Source: Salminus brasiliensis (Eukaryota). Taken from it: a DNA stretch of 64,000 nucleotides. Positions 38,991 to 50,817 of this stretch are shown piece by piece. The position numbers were made by a program, and so were the translations under genes. A model generated the notes under the pieces. It worked only from the letters and a program-made list of their open reading frames with translations, ran no database searches and was not told where the DNA came from. Numbering within the stretch: position 1 is the first letter of the stretch; the number at the start of each line of letters is the position of its first letter. The stretch spans positions 19,601,786 through 19,665,785 of the forward strand of contig NC_132885.1 in NCBI RefSeq assembly GCF_030463535.1, in the 5' to 3' direction.

Positions 38991-41269
38991 TGTAAATCTG
39001 TGTATATATTTGGCCTCCTGAAATCTGTGTTTTATTAGGGCTCAGAATTAGCCAACATATCTGCCTTTACTGCACAGGGACATGACCGCAACACAGTGAA
39101 CAGCAGATCTTTTGATTTCACTGTGATGAAAATGTCACTCTCAGTCCTTTCTTTTCAATGTTCACCACAGCTTTACTCTCAAAGTGGTGCACTGGCTGAT
39201 GGCCTGGAGGTGTGTATAATAATATGTTAAGATGACCAGCACATGGCAATACAAACAGCTCTAGCAAACATGTCCAACATCACAAGGCTGAAGGCTTTCT
39301 AATGGCCAGCTTCTTATCTGAGTTTTACATTCCACCTTAAGAGGTGTTTTTGTTACTTTCATTTAAGGTGGAATGGGAAATTAGAATAAAAACCTCAGCT
39401 TCATCTTTTTGCATGAGACTGGGGGTGGGGATGCTGCAGAGGTTTGTATCTAGGGGCCCAGGATTTATTAATCTGTTGCCGCGTAGCTTAGAAGCATGAT
39501 TGTTAATGCATCACTGATGTTACGCTTGCATGATACAGGCGTTACATATCTGGTCTGAATAGGACGACTCTGAAAAATATGGGCACAATATTTTAGTGTA
39601 TTTTTCTTCTACTGACTCCTATGTTTGCTTTTAGGAATAAAATGATAACATAGTGCCTCTTTAAAAACCCACACTCTCCCTCCTCTGCCCTGCTTAACAA
39701 AGGATAAATTGCTTTGCACAAGTGTATTGTGAATGGGCAATCAGAAGCGGCCTATTGAGAGCTAGTTAACACATGTACACTATAATGTCTGGAAGTGGTG
39801 GAGGTAATCATTTTCTCTGCGTGTGTTGCATACTAGGTTTGTGATTGTATATTCGTCATGTCTGGGTTATGATCATCCAAGCTGCTGATGTGCTTTCTAT
39901 GTGTGTTTAAATGTAGATATCTTTACCCCTACCAGTCGTAGCCATTAGATTGACAAACATATATAGAGACAGTGGTAAACATGATGCAATTAAGTACTAA
40001 TTAATTAACAGTTTCATTCACTGTATGTACATTTCTACTGCTTTCTTGCACCCCATTTCATATTTCTTTACCTTCTTTCTCTCTATTTGTATGTTTATAT
40101 TTGCTCAGCTCATCCATTCCTTAGTATCCTTAGGCATTATTTAGTTTCTTCTTTCTGAGTGTATATACCTTTAACATATCATCATTATGTGTAAACTGTC
40201 AAGAAACCAACAGTAAAAATAGGCCTGAATTCTTACAATGGCACATCCTATTGATATTCATAAGGTGAGCTCAGGCTTGTTAAACTCGACATGTTGCTAC
40301 AAACAAATCAATTTTTGACACAAAATGCACTCTTGAGGGCTCAGGAGAGACATAAGACACAGATCCTTCCTATACTTGCAGGGAGATGACCTTTCAATTT
40401 GTTTTCTTGTATCAGATTTGTAGGAAAGGAAAGAAATATATCTCTGCCTTCTCTCTCCAGACTGTTTTGAAGTTTTTACAGTGCTCTGAGATTGGGGAAA
40501 GAGAAGGGCACGGTATAAACACACACACGCAGACAATGTTTTTAGCTTCTAACGAGAAAAGACCCGCAAATAATGGAAAAAGTGCTAAGCAAAGAGAAAC
40601 ACAGGCTTAATCCTACTGAAGGATGACAATGTTGCTTTTGCTATAGCCGATTATGGTGATGAGCTTGGTGTCAAGATGTCTGCTGTATTTGCTTGGCAGG
40701 AGTAATCATATAGAAGAATACATTATTGGAAATCACAGTAGAAGTCTGGTCTGGAGGCAATATAAATGGCAATTAAAGCAAGCAGTAGTTATAGAAATAC
40801 TGAACCAGCCTTCTAGCACCAACTAGCATGCCACACTTAAAATCATTGATGTGGTTGATGTGAACATTACCCAAAACTGCTGGCCCATATCTGTATGATT
40901 TTATACACTTCACTGTTGCAGCATGATTGAAGTAGATAAATGCATGAATATTCCTAATAAATTGCTCAGTCACTGTACTTGTTGATTGTACTAATTTTAA
41001 AGTATGCTATATTGTTATTGTTGGAGCAAATTGGTGCTTTTTTTTAAAAAAAACAACACATTTTTTACATTGTGTCAGAATGAATAGAAATGGTCCAGAG
41101 AGACAAAATGTACATCACATCAAATCTATTTACACTGAGTTCTGTTTAAAACAGGAGTATATTTTGCTCCTTCTTCAGTCTGTCTGTTTATGTTTCTACA
41201 GTTGTAATCAAACCTATTCAACCCTCATTGCAAATTTTGTTTATTAGCTAAACATAACTAATAAAACTA

Positions 41270-41760
41270 GTGCCTTCTTTTTTTTCTCAAAAATTCTTCC
41301 TCCTCCAGACAAACCGCCGATCCAAACATTTTCACAGTTCCACAGTTTCACAGTTAGAGGAAACAAAACTGGAACTTTTTGCAGCGCGTGGAGGGCAAGA
41401 TGGATTCAATCAAGTATCAGAAAATCCTACAAGAAAACATCCTGCCTTCGGTGTTAAAGCTGAAGCTTGAGTGTCATTGGGCATTTCAACAGGACAGCAA
41501 AGTTTGGCTTCAGAAGAAGTCCTGGAAGATTCTGGAGTGGTCATCACAGTTGCCTGACTTGATCCCCATAGAAAATCATTGTTGGGATTTGAAAAAAGCG
41601 TTTGCAGCAGCAAACCCAAGAATATTAGAATAATTAGGAGGCCATTGCTCATGAGGAATGGGTTAAGATTTCTCAGGAACGCTTCCAGAAGCTAGTGTCT
41701 GGCTATGCATTATATTTGCAGCAGGTCATAACAGTACTAAAGTACTAAAGACGCTTGTCG
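41270..41760 (+). mobile_element. Tc1-like transposase C-terminal fragment (KMDSIKYQKILQENILPSVLKLKL..WAFQQD......WSSQLPDLIPIENHCWDLKKAFAA).
   Basis: ORF 41379..41633 carries the DDE-region motif FQQDN...EWPSQSPDLNPIENLW. Confidence 0.7.
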
Positions 41761-42894
41761 TAAAGCGGTGTGTACCAGTGTTTGTGCACTTTGTCTACTG
41801 CTGATCACATTATATTGACAATTTGTGTTACTGGCCTATGCAGCATTTAGCAAAACTCATGTTTAGTCATGTTAGAGAAGCAGGCAGAATGTAGCATTAG
41901 AAGTCTTTCCAAAATACTCTTATTGGTGCAGTGTGGTAAGACACGCTTGCCTGTGAGGGGAATCAAACCCCAGTCTGCCTCACGGAGTGTATCAGCAAAT
42001 ACCATCCCAACATTGTTGTCCTGGGCCATGTCTTCTTTTCCTTAATTTAGTCAGTGATATACTTCTCTGGAGTTAAAACTCACACTTCCCTGCAGTGTGT
42101 TTTCCTCCTCAGCCCTCCCTCAGTGAGCTGTGGCACCTCAGGGGAAGCACTGATTGAAATATCTGAGGCCAGTGTGTAAAGGGGGAGAAAAGTGCTGTAA
42201 GCGAATGGCACTTTCCATAACAGGATTAGGCCTCAGTTAAACGTCTGTCTCAGCACAAAAAAAGCATATCAAAGTATTGATAAGTGTGTGTTACCTCATC
42301 TACACTGTCATGCCTCAGGTGATATTTATGGTGATGTGACAGCAGGGGGTTCTTGCTGTCCTACTTTAACTTGGAAGCATCTTACAGCAGTTCAGAGGCT
42401 TGACCTGAGGGCTACATGTGCGTGACCAACGTGGGTAACAAAATCAGAATCAGTGGTAAAAATTCAGCTTAACACAACTTGCTCTTCATCTATGAAAGGT
42501 GGATGGTACAGATAGCACTGTTCACGCCACTGTTCACAGCCCCAGAGCTGTGTGCTGTATTTGGTGTGTGTGCGGTGATGATGTAGGGTCCTGTGAGGCA
42601 GGGGGCAGGACTGAGTGGCCTTCTGCCCACAATAGTTTCTCCATCACTGCTAGTCTGCCCATCCTCTCCAAGTTTACATTAGGGCTGTTCTCTAGATTAT
42701 TAAATGGCTGTACAGTCATATGCAAAAGTTTGAACACCCACATTGATTGTCATGTTATGGTTTGTTGATTTAAGTCAGTCAGCTACTGAATATCATAGAG
42801 AAAATGAACAGTAACAGTCAGAACCTTCACACTACACAATTCTATTGAAATTTATTAGAAATTAAAAGTTTTCCTGTGCCCTGTAATAATGCAT

Positions 42895-43110
42895 AATGCT
42901 GCTGTACTAAAGTATTGAGACATCTGCTCATTTATTGTGTCTTCTGAAATCAAGGGTATTAAAGAGTTCATCCTGCTTTTGTTGGAGTTACTGTCTCTAC
43001 TTATCAAAGGAAGGCTTTCTACTAGATTTTGGAGCATTGCTGTGAGTGACAAGACCATTAGTGAGGTCAGGGTGTTGGACGATCACCACCTCACCTCATC
43101 CTTATTCTAA
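42895..43110. mobile_element. Truncated copy of the same non-autonomous Tc1-like family.
   Basis: gtattgagacatctgctcatttattgtgtcttctgaaatcaagggtatt...aaggctttctactagattttggagcattgctgtgag... is homologous to 30990-31140. Confidence 0.45.
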
Positions 43111-43559
43111 AGGTGAATGGACAGAAGCATAGTAACAGGGATTATTTTAAATAATTGGAAACTTGCAGTCTATGACCACCTAAAATTCATAACTCACTGT
43201 CCAAATACTTATAGCCCTAAGTGAATGAGTATGTTTTCCTCTTTCTTCTGTGTATGGCACTTTGGTTTTATATATGCCCTATAAATATACACATATGTAC
43301 CTGCTCATTCACCATGAGCATATATGATACCAATAAAATAGTGATGTTGCCAACTGGTTTCTTTTCTTAATTGGTTCATTCTATTTTGCATGCTTAACTA
43401 TCCCTAGACCAGGCAGTTAAACACTGTAAGCAATGTAAACAATTAGTCTTTTTCTAGGTGCTAAAGATTATTCAGAGTAAACAGACAAATGTTAGCAGTC
43501 TTACATAGTAGCATAGTCGTAACATAGTAATCTTCCTCTCTAAGAAAGATATTTAGTCT

Positions 43560-44560
43560 GGTTGATCTTGCCATCTCCTTTGAGAATTCACTGGCCACTC
43601 CTTCTACAGAAGCTCAAAGCCTTGGTGTAGTCATGGATGATCAGTTATTGTTTTCAAGCCATGTTGCAAATGTGACTCGGTCATACAGACTTCTCCTGTA
43701 CAACATCTGGAGAATCGATCCTTCCTCTCTAGAGAGGCTGCCCAGGTGCTCGTTCAGTCTCTCATCACTTTGAGACTTGACTACTGCAACTGTCTGTGTG
43801 GTGCAACAGATAACACCACTACCTGCCAGTGAGCTACCACACCACGTGGTCTGGGTGACTATGCTGCGCTACACCAATAACAGTCCTTGGGCAAGACTCC
43901 TAACACTACACTGGCCCACCTCTGTAATATGAGTAACCTTGTAAGTCGCTCTGGATAAGAGTGATTAAAGTTCTGTTAACTTCTGTTCCATAAATTTCTT
44001 CTGGCTGGTCTCCCTCTGTGTACCATCAGGCCCCTGCAACTTATCCAGAATGCAGTGGCACGGCTTGTCTCCAACGCTTCTAAATTCAGCCATGTCACTC
44101 CACTGCTGCGTTCTCTTCACTGGCTACCTGTAGCTGCTGCCTACATCAGATTCAAAACCCTGACGCTGGCCTACAAAGCCAAGAACAGACCAGTCCCTCC
44201 GTACTTGATGGCAATGGTCAAAAGCCGATCTGCACCTAGAGCCCCTTGTGCTTTGAGTACGGCTCGCCTCGACCCGCCATCCCTCACAATCCACAGAAGA
44301 CAAGCGTCCAGGCTTTTTTCTGTCCTGGCACCAAAGTGGTGGAACGAACTTCCTCTGGGTGTCCGAACGGTCGCTCGCTGTCTTCAAACGCAGACTGAAG
44401 ACCCACCTCTTCAAATAGTAGAGTGATCACCTTATTGACTTGTGTTTAACAGTGTCTAAACTTAGAGGTATCTTTGAAGCTGAGGTTATCCTTGGGTAAA
44501 TAGCAAAGCACTTTTGTAAGTCGCTCTGGACAAGAGCGTCTGCTAAATGCCTTAAATGTA
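43560..44560 (+). mobile_element. LINE (L2/CR1-like, a teleost family) 3' terminal fragment with a typical tail.
   Basis: ORF 44055..44426 reads ...HVTPLLRSLHWLPV...FKTLTLAYKA.N...P.YL...LAPKWWNELPLGVRT......LKTHLF, the conserved 3' end of the fish LINE ORF2. It is followed by ...ttgtaagtcgctctggacaagagcgtctgctaaatgccttaaatgtaaatg. A shorter related tail lies at 43900-43980. Confidence 0.6.
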
Positions 44561-44639
44561 AATGTTTTATACTTTGTTGTGAACGACAAGACAAGACACA
44601 TTTTTTGTTATAGACAGATGGCATTATCCACGCTAGTGA

Positions 44640-44800
44640 TCAAACACACACTGTGGACAGTGAACACACTTGCCTGGAGCAGTGGGCAGCCATTGATGTG
44701 GCACCCAGGGAGCAGAGAGCAGGCCTTGCTCAAGGGCCAAAGAGTGGCATCTTTCCAAGCCTAGGTATCGAACCCACAACCCTGTCATCAATAGCTGGGT
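44640..44800 (-). mobile_element. Second, diverged and truncated copy of the same SINE family.
   Basis: ...gcaggccttgctcaagggccaaagagtggcatctttccaagcctaggtatcgaacccacaaccctgtcatcaatagctgg is homologous to 17680-17770. Confidence 0.55.
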
Positions 44801-45089
44801 TGTTTTTTTTTGTTTGTTTTTCTTACCAGCAGTAGTCTCCAGTAGATCCGAGTGGTCTTCAGTTTAATACTGTGCTATTTCTGGACATTGAATTTAATCA
44901 GTACAGCCCAGGACTGATTCAGACATTCTAATTATTAGCTCTAATTTCAGGACATGCCCTGACTGCGTCATGAAAACTGCCATTAGACACAAGTCATTAT
45001 CACTGTATGATGAATTTACGTCATCCGAAAGCAGAAAGTGTGCGATGGTAACCAGTAGCCCCAGTATGAGGTAATCCTGCCATCTGCTG

Positions 45090-45257
45090 GCTGTGAGGCA
45101 GAAGCGCAGCCTGTGGTGTCCCCTGACTCTGTTGGCTCGACAGAGAGAAGACGTCATCAAGACGGTGACGGGGAGTCATGCATTCTGACTCAGTACACTA
45201 AGCGGCTAGCCGGCTAGCTAAACCAAGGAGGATCCAGCAGTTTCACCCGTTTACAAA
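45090..45257 (+). promoter_or_regulatory. ttf2: Putative ttf2 core promoter and 5' UTR.
   Basis: It lies immediately upstream of the ttf2 ATG. It contains CRE-like GACGTCA and TGACGG motifs around 45150-45165. No CpG-island calculation was done. Confidence 0.3.
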
Positions 45258-45285
45258 ATGCAAAGAGTTCTTTGTGATAAACACG
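45258..45285 (+). CDS. ttf2: ttf2 exon 1 (MQRVLCDKH + G), the start of the GRF zinc finger.
   Basis: ATG followed by the donor G|gtcagt. It aligns to the human TTF2 N-terminus MEEVRCPEHG. Confidence 0.7.
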
Positions 45286-45538
45286 GTCAGTGGCGCTTTT
45301 AATTACAGACAGACTTTCTGACACACTAGGCTTAAGTTTATGAATAAACAGGAGTTAGCTAGCTAGCACTAGCTAAGTTGGGGAGGGTAGTGGCGCTGTG
45401 TGGCTGCACGCCAGTGTTTTAGCAGCTACTGTCTCTGATACGAGGAACGCTGTATTTTATATTAAAGCTGATACGTTTTTAACCTGCTCGGAAGGGATTT
45501 AACTGCTACGCCAGTTTAACATTGTACTTTTCTTTCAG

Positions 45539-45650
45539 GCGGGTTTTGCTTGTTGAAGACCGGGGTGAAGGAAGGGCCGAATAAGGGCAAGAGTTTCTAT
45601 GTGTGCACTGCGCGGGATGAGACGCTCTGCAGCTTTGCCCAGCCTGCTGA
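45539..45650 (+). CDS. ttf2: ttf2 exon 2 ([36 protein letters not shown].).
   Basis: The acceptor is tctttcag| and the donor is CTGA|gtgagt. It carries the GRF-type zinc finger motif, matching human [28 protein letters not shown]. Confidence 0.85.
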
Positions 45651-45815
45651 GTGAGTGTTTCCCGGCCTTTCTTACAGTACACGTCCCATTACCTGTTTTA
45701 TCACCTAGAAATGACCGAGCACGGTTTACCAGACCTTATGCATTAGTGTGAGTGGATGGCTCTGTGTTCTACACTGGATGTTTGTGTGCTAATATGAGGT
45801 TCCTCCTAATGTCAG

Positions 45816-45902
45816 TGTGCCGCCTTCACACTGTCTTCGTCATGAAGATGCGTTGGTTGAACTTCAAGCCCTAATTCACAATGAAAAACAGAGTAATTAC
45901 AA
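45816..45902 (+). CDS. ttf2: ttf2 exon 3 (DVPPSHCLRHEDALVELQALIHNEKQSNY.).
   Basis: The acceptor is aatgtcag| and the donor is ACAA|gtaagt. It matches human IPVSHCLLHEDFVVELQGL. Confidence 0.85.
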
Positions 45903-46011
45903 GTAAGTTGTGTTTAATCGTGTGTGTGTTCTATATTAGACGACATGCATTTCGATTCTGACTGAAGCTTTGAGCCTAATTATGTAATAAAATGATTATT
46001 CTCAACATCAG

Positions 46012-46081
46012 GTTGTTGTATCGCTGCGTAATAGGAAAGAAAGAGGGACAGAAGTGGTGTGGGAGTATTCCATGGTCCGAG
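46012..46081 (+). CDS. ttf2: ttf2 exon 4 (KLLYRCVIGKKEGQKWCGSIPWSE).
   Basis: The acceptor is aacatcag| and the donor is CGAG|gtaacc. It matches human [25 protein letters not shown]. Confidence 0.85.
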
Positions 46082-46225
46082 GTAACCCTTACTTTTTAAG
46101 TATCCACTGTGCTAAACTCATGGATGTTAGTTTTCTATATATAACCAATGCCTTCTCTGTAGCAGACCCTATCCATTATACATGCTGTTCAGGATTTGAT
46201 GTTGATTTGTTTTGTTATTTTACAG

Positions 46226-47185
46226 AAAGATACAGAAAGGAGTCCTTTGACCGAGACAAAGAATCAGCCTTCCATTCTACTTCCCGTTAGGAACCCCTTC
46301 AAAGCCCCTAGCAAAGTAGACCAAACCTCAGAATGGAGAAAACTTCAAGAGGGAAGTGCAGAGAAAGGGGAAGTGCCACAAGAAAACATGAGAAGCACTG
46401 AGGGTACTGCTGTCGTGGACAGGAAGGTGACCAGTTCAGCAGAGCCAGAGTCCTGGAGAAATAAGAAACTTCCTCATGGAATGAAAATAAAGAAGCGAAC
46501 ATCTGATGAGGAGAGGAAGAACAGCGGCAGTGGTGAAGGGACTGTTGGTGGAGCAGAGGACACTGAGGGTTCCCACACTAGCAGAAAGTGTGAAAGTATA
46601 GAGCAGCAACAAATTGGGGAAAACGCTAAATCATGCACCCCAGGAGCCCATGGTGAAGAAGGAAGGGAGAGAGCAGCCGCAGCGACTGTTCAGTCAGACG
46701 TCTCAGAACAAAACCCCTCTGAGGATTATAGTGATAAAACTACTGCTGTAGACAGCGTGAAGCTAAACAGCACCTCTAGCAAGACGGTTACATCAAATGT
46801 AGACTCGCAGCGGCAAACTTTCACTAAAAAGACTCCCAGTCCACAACATGCCAAAGCAGACAGCCAAGACTCTACATTAGCATCTGTTTCAGCTTCTGCA
46901 AAGGCTGTTACAAATAGTGCCCAAGGTACAGTGTCAAGTGAGAGTCAGGAGAACACTCAGAAGAGCACATTTAGATCCCCTTTTGGAGAGTTTAGTGATG
47001 ATGATGATGATGTGCAGCTGGTGTCCGTGCAGCCAGGCACTGGGCAGGCTTCCCAAGCCCCAGGTGGACATGTGCAGAAAACCCTCACGTCCTTCCCAGG
47101 CTTCCAGCCTGCCTCAAAAGTCAAGGGTCAAGAAGACCCCAGAGCTCTCCATAGCCAGCTTACAACCCAGCTTAAACAGAAGAAG
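46226..47185 (+). CDS. ttf2: ttf2 exon 5, a large low-complexity Ser/Glu/Lys-rich linker exon of 320 codons, from KDTERSPLTETK... to ...LTTQLKQKK.
   Basis: ORF 46196..47275. The acceptor is ttattttacag| and the donor is AAG|gtagtg. RNPFKAPSKVDQTSEWRKLQEG matches human RNPFKVLDKNQEPALWKQLIKG, and the C-terminal YLTTQLKQKK is conserved. Confidence 0.85.
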
Positions 47186-47966
47186 GTAGTGCTGTGTTTT
47201 TCAAGTGCTTTCTGTTGTTCATTAATTTATTCTTTTTACACTGTATCTGCTGCTGTTTGTTTCCTTTTCAAATGAGCTTGTTTACCCTTAGCAACGTCAC
47301 ACATGATGGACTGATTGAATAGCTGTCTGGTTTTGAGAGGGGGAAAAAATGTAAATGCAATCACGATGCACTGGTGACTGATTGCTATTTCACCACAGCC
47401 AGACTATTTTAGGAGTGGTTTAAGTGTAGAGTCTTTTCAAGGCGTGTATGTCAATTTTATCTCACCTCATCACCACCACGCCTGAACTGAACAATGTCAG
47501 TTCTGTACAGAGAAGTACATGGGGGGGAATTTATTGCAGATGACAAAATAAATGTTGCATAAATCAGCTATGGTTGGTTTTTACACCACGTTGGAGAACG
47601 TTAGGCCTGTTTCTCCTTTTAGTTATTCATAAATACATGCAACAGAATATCAGTGGTGCCTGGTATCATCTTTTGCATGGAATGAGGGGAAAGCAAAGTT
47701 GATGTTGATATCTGAATTTTGTCTGCGAATCATTTGTGTGACCAGGTGCAAATCAAATGTTGATAGCCTCAATCTTGCCTGCATATTATCTGGATATGAG
47801 ATGCATGAAATGGTATGTAAATAGGCTCACATTGGCTTCTGATGATCTGATTATGCAGGTGTGCCCTTAGTGTCATGAGTTTGGAATCAAAGCAACCATT
47901 TTCCTATGCCTTTGTTGTACTAATCAGCTTATCCTGTGTCTTTTTCTCCACATGCCCATCGTTAAG

Positions 47967-48087
47967 GCCACTCTCTCAGCAGTAAACGTATCTGCACTTC
48001 CTGATAAAGGAGAGCGACTGAAGAGTCAAGTGAAGCAGCTGGAAGACGCGCTGGAGGCTTTAAGTCTGACTAGTGCTGCTCTCACTG
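47967..48087 (+). CDS. ttf2: ttf2 exon 6 ([40 protein letters not shown].).
   Basis: The acceptor is catcgttaag| and the donor is CTG|gtaaaa. It matches human [35 protein letters not shown]. Confidence 0.8.
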
Positions 48088-48412
48088 GTAAAATACTGAC
48101 TTGGACACTTCAGTCTTCAAATTAAGCTTCTTAAACTTCTTTTTTTGGATGGGATTAGTTTTACATGTTAGTCACACATGTTATACTTGGACTAAACATT
48201 TTACTACAGGATGTAGTGAGCTGGGGCTGCTTGACTTACGATCTGTCGTTATCTCAGAGAGACATAAAAGTACTAATTACTTTACCCCACCTCCCCATGT
48301 AAAACTATTCATGTCCAAATAGGGCCTTGGATTGCAACGTTAGAAAAAAAGTGGTGTGTGTAATACCTTACTGGTTTATGTATTTAGTAAATGTTCTTGG
48401 ATCTGTTTATAG

Positions 48413-48595
48413 AGTGTCAGGATGCAGACAGCAACAAGCTGCAGAAGCCTGCAGAAATCTCCAGCCAGTCCAACCCTTTTAGCCGACCAGGAGGCACCAA
48501 GCTTTTGGCAGAAGCACCAGTACATTTCCAGCAGAAAGCACCTGCTAGCTCCTTAGACTTGCATCTCAGTCAGGGTTACACACAGATGTTTGGAG
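48413..48595 (+). CDS. ttf2: ttf2 exon 7 (ECQDADSNKLQKPAEISSQSNPFSRPGGTKLLAEAPVHFQQKAPASSLDLHLSQGYTQMFG.).
   Basis: Frame of ORF 48391..48675. The acceptor is tgtttatag| and the donor is GGAG|gtaatg. The phase is consistent with its neighbours. Confidence 0.7.
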
Positions 48596-48720
48596 GTAAT
48601 GCATTTTCACTCTCTTCATGGCCTGCACATCTTCTATCTTGCAGCATGAATAGATTGTCTTGTCATTTTTTCTGATCTTATTGGTTTATTTTCATGAGAT
48701 CTCTGACACATTCTTCCCAG

Positions 48721-48878
48721 TGAATCCCCAAAACCAGGCGTTCTATGGCGGGAGGATGACTGAGAACAGGCTGCTTGCTGTCCGCAACGCCACCACTGAG
48801 GCAATCGACCACCTTCATAACTCACTGGAGTCCTGCCCTTCTGCAGACGCAGAGGCACAGGACCCCAAAGGAATCAAG
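48721..48878 (+). CDS. ttf2: ttf2 exon 8 (VNPQNQAFYGGRMTENRLLAVRNATTEAIDHLHNSLESCPSADAEAQDPKGIK).
   Basis: Frame of ORF 48660..48908. The acceptor is ttcttcccag| and the donor is CAAG|gtgaga. It matches human [30 protein letters not shown]. Confidence 0.85.
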
Positions 48879-48983
48879 GTGAGAGACTTGAGTGCTAAGA
48901 TGGTGTGATCAGTTTGGACTGAGGGTTAACAGATAAATGAAATAGAAGTACTTGATGTACTTAATTCCAGCTTGCTGTTTCAG

Positions 48984-49065
48984 GTCCAGTTATTGCCTCA
49001 CCAGAGAAAAGCCCTGGCATGGCTGCTATGGAGGGAGACTCAAAAACCATGTGGTGGTATTCTGG
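48984..49065 (+). CDS. ttf2: ttf2 exon 9 ([27 protein letters not shown].).
   Basis: The acceptor is ctgtttcag| and the donor is CTGG|gtaata. It matches human [27 protein letters not shown]. Confidence 0.85.
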
Positions 49066-49356
49066 GTAATACCTGATTTTTTTTTTTTTCTTCTTCTCTC
49101 AAATTTGCACTAGGAAGAGTACTGCAGAAAGTTTAGTCTTAGGTTGAGCGAGAGACACGTATCTTGTGTATCTTGAGAGACATGTATCTTGTGTCACTGC
49201 AAAGTAATTCATGAGTTGGTGAATGAAATGGAAAAGTCAGTTAGACTTAGTCTTGTCCTTTTTTTTATGGAATAGTCAGAAGGTGCTCACATTTACAGAG
49301 ATACTGTAAGACAATGTTCTTTTTTGTGGCTCAATTTGTTTGCTTTACTGTTTTAG

Positions 49357-49467
49357 CTGATGACATGGGTTTGGGAAAGACCCTCACCATGATTGCTCTC
49401 ATTCTGGCCCAGAGGAAGAAAAAGGACGTAAAGGACACCAAACTGGAGGGCTGGCTCTCCAAAACTG
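49357..49467 (+). CDS. ttf2: ttf2 exon 10 (ADDMGLGKTLTMIALILAQRKKKDVKDTKLEGWLSKT.), carrying SNF2 ATPase motif I (Walker A).
   Basis: ORF 49314..49547. The acceptor is ctgttttag| and the donor is ACTG|gtaaac. The DxxGLGKT motif is present. Confidence 0.9.
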
Positions 49468-49674
49468 GTAAACGCCTCTTTTACAATGTTGCAGACGGTA
49501 GTATGCTTGACTTTAAAGCTTGTGGGTGGGTCTGCAAGTCTGTGTAAGTGTCCGCCTGAGCAAGCGGAGTGGTGCATTTCTATTAATGTATTTGCTATGA
49601 TATTGATAAAGTTAATGTGATGCTCAAGCTCAATTACATGCATGTATTTAATTAATTTGCTTGTTTTCTGTTAG

Positions 49675-49825
49675 ACTCCTCTTTGGTGGCATCTGAGGGA
49701 ACTCTGATCATCTGCCCTGCCTCTCTGGTGCATCACTGGAAGAAAGAGATAGAGAAACACGTAAAAAACAGTCGACTGAGTATATATCTCTACCATGGGC
49801 CCAACCGGCAGAAAAACTCAAGCGT
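49675..49825 (+). CDS. ttf2: ttf2 exon 11 ([50 protein letters not shown].).
   Basis: The acceptor is ttttctgttag| and the donor is GCGT|gtaaga. It matches human [37 protein letters not shown]. Confidence 0.85.
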
Positions 49826-50166
49826 GTAAGACCCATAATGACACGAGCACTGTTGCTTACACGCAAGCCATATGTCAGTCTCTTTACAGCGAGCTCAAAA
49901 GATTTCTCAGTGATAAGTCCAGCTGTCAGCCACTGTAATTTCTTGATGGCTCTTGTGAGGCTGGCAAAGATGAAACTGAAATCTCACATAAAGCATTGCT
50001 CTTTTGCATGTCTGTGTCAGGTTAGGAGCATGAGCTGTTTAGCCAAACGTCGCATATAGGTCACATTAAAAATATAGTATGAATACAAATCAGATCATCA
50101 GATTTGGTGAGAAAATGGGATATGGGCTTTACCTGCTGTGTCTGTCTCTTCTGCTTTTTCCCCTAG

Positions 50167-50272
50167 ACTAGCAGAGCATGATGTGGTGGTCACCACATAC
50201 AGTCTGGTCTCTAAAGAGATCCCTGTTCAGAAAGAAGATGCAGAGCGTCCAAGTCAGGACCCTGAGCCTACG
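50167..50272 (+). CDS. ttf2: ttf2 exon 12 (VLAEHDVVVTTYSLVSKEIPVQKEDAERPSQDPEPT).
   Basis: The acceptor is ttttcccctag| and the donor is TACG|gtatgt. It matches human YDIVITTYSLVAKEIP. Confidence 0.8.
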
Positions 50273-50559
50273 GTATGTCAACAGACCATCTGATGTATGT
50301 TGAAGGCACTTTAACAACAATAAGCCTTTCAGAGATGTAAAAACGTGTTTCTGAATTGAAAACCGTGGTGAAATTCGCCATCTTGGTAGCCACCAAACAT
50401 TAAGTACCCCTTAGTTTCATGAGACCTGTTTGCCTTAATGGAGCACACTAAAGTGGTATGTAATCAGCGATTTTGAAAAGATCTTTCTTTACAGTTCTTG
50501 GCAAAACTGAGCAATTAAACATTTCAGTTTAGTATGTGGTCAATCATCTTTCTGCTCAG

Positions 50560-50744
50560 GTATCAGAAATGGCCCCTCTCCTGCGTGTTGCCTGGGCTCG
50601 TGTGGTTCTGGATGAGGCTCACAACATCAAGAACCCTAAAGTTCAGACCTCCATGGCTGTGTGCAAGCTCCGGGCCAGAGCACGTTGGGCTGTCACTGGA
50701 ACCCCAATTCAGAACAACTTGCTGGACATGTACTCACTGCTGAA
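50560..50744 (+). CDS. ttf2: ttf2 exon 13 ([62 protein letters not shown]), carrying SNF2 motif II (DEAH box).
   Basis: Frame of ORF 50536..50793. The acceptor is tctgctcag| and the donor is TGAA|gtacga. It is near-identical to the human segment [31 protein letters not shown]...[16 protein letters not shown]. Confidence 0.9.
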
Positions 50745-50817
50745 GTACGACACCACTCTTCTACTTCTACTTCTAAAGTCTTGGCTCCTTTAAACATCCT
50801 TCACTTCATTTAAAGAT

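Noticed and set aside
46054-46290. ORF 46054..46290 (MVWEYSMVRGNPYF...).
   Set aside because: It is an out-of-frame read-through of ttf2 exon 4 into the intron. The true coding frame gives the conserved ...KEGQKWCGSIPWSE| exon, ending at the GTAACC donor.
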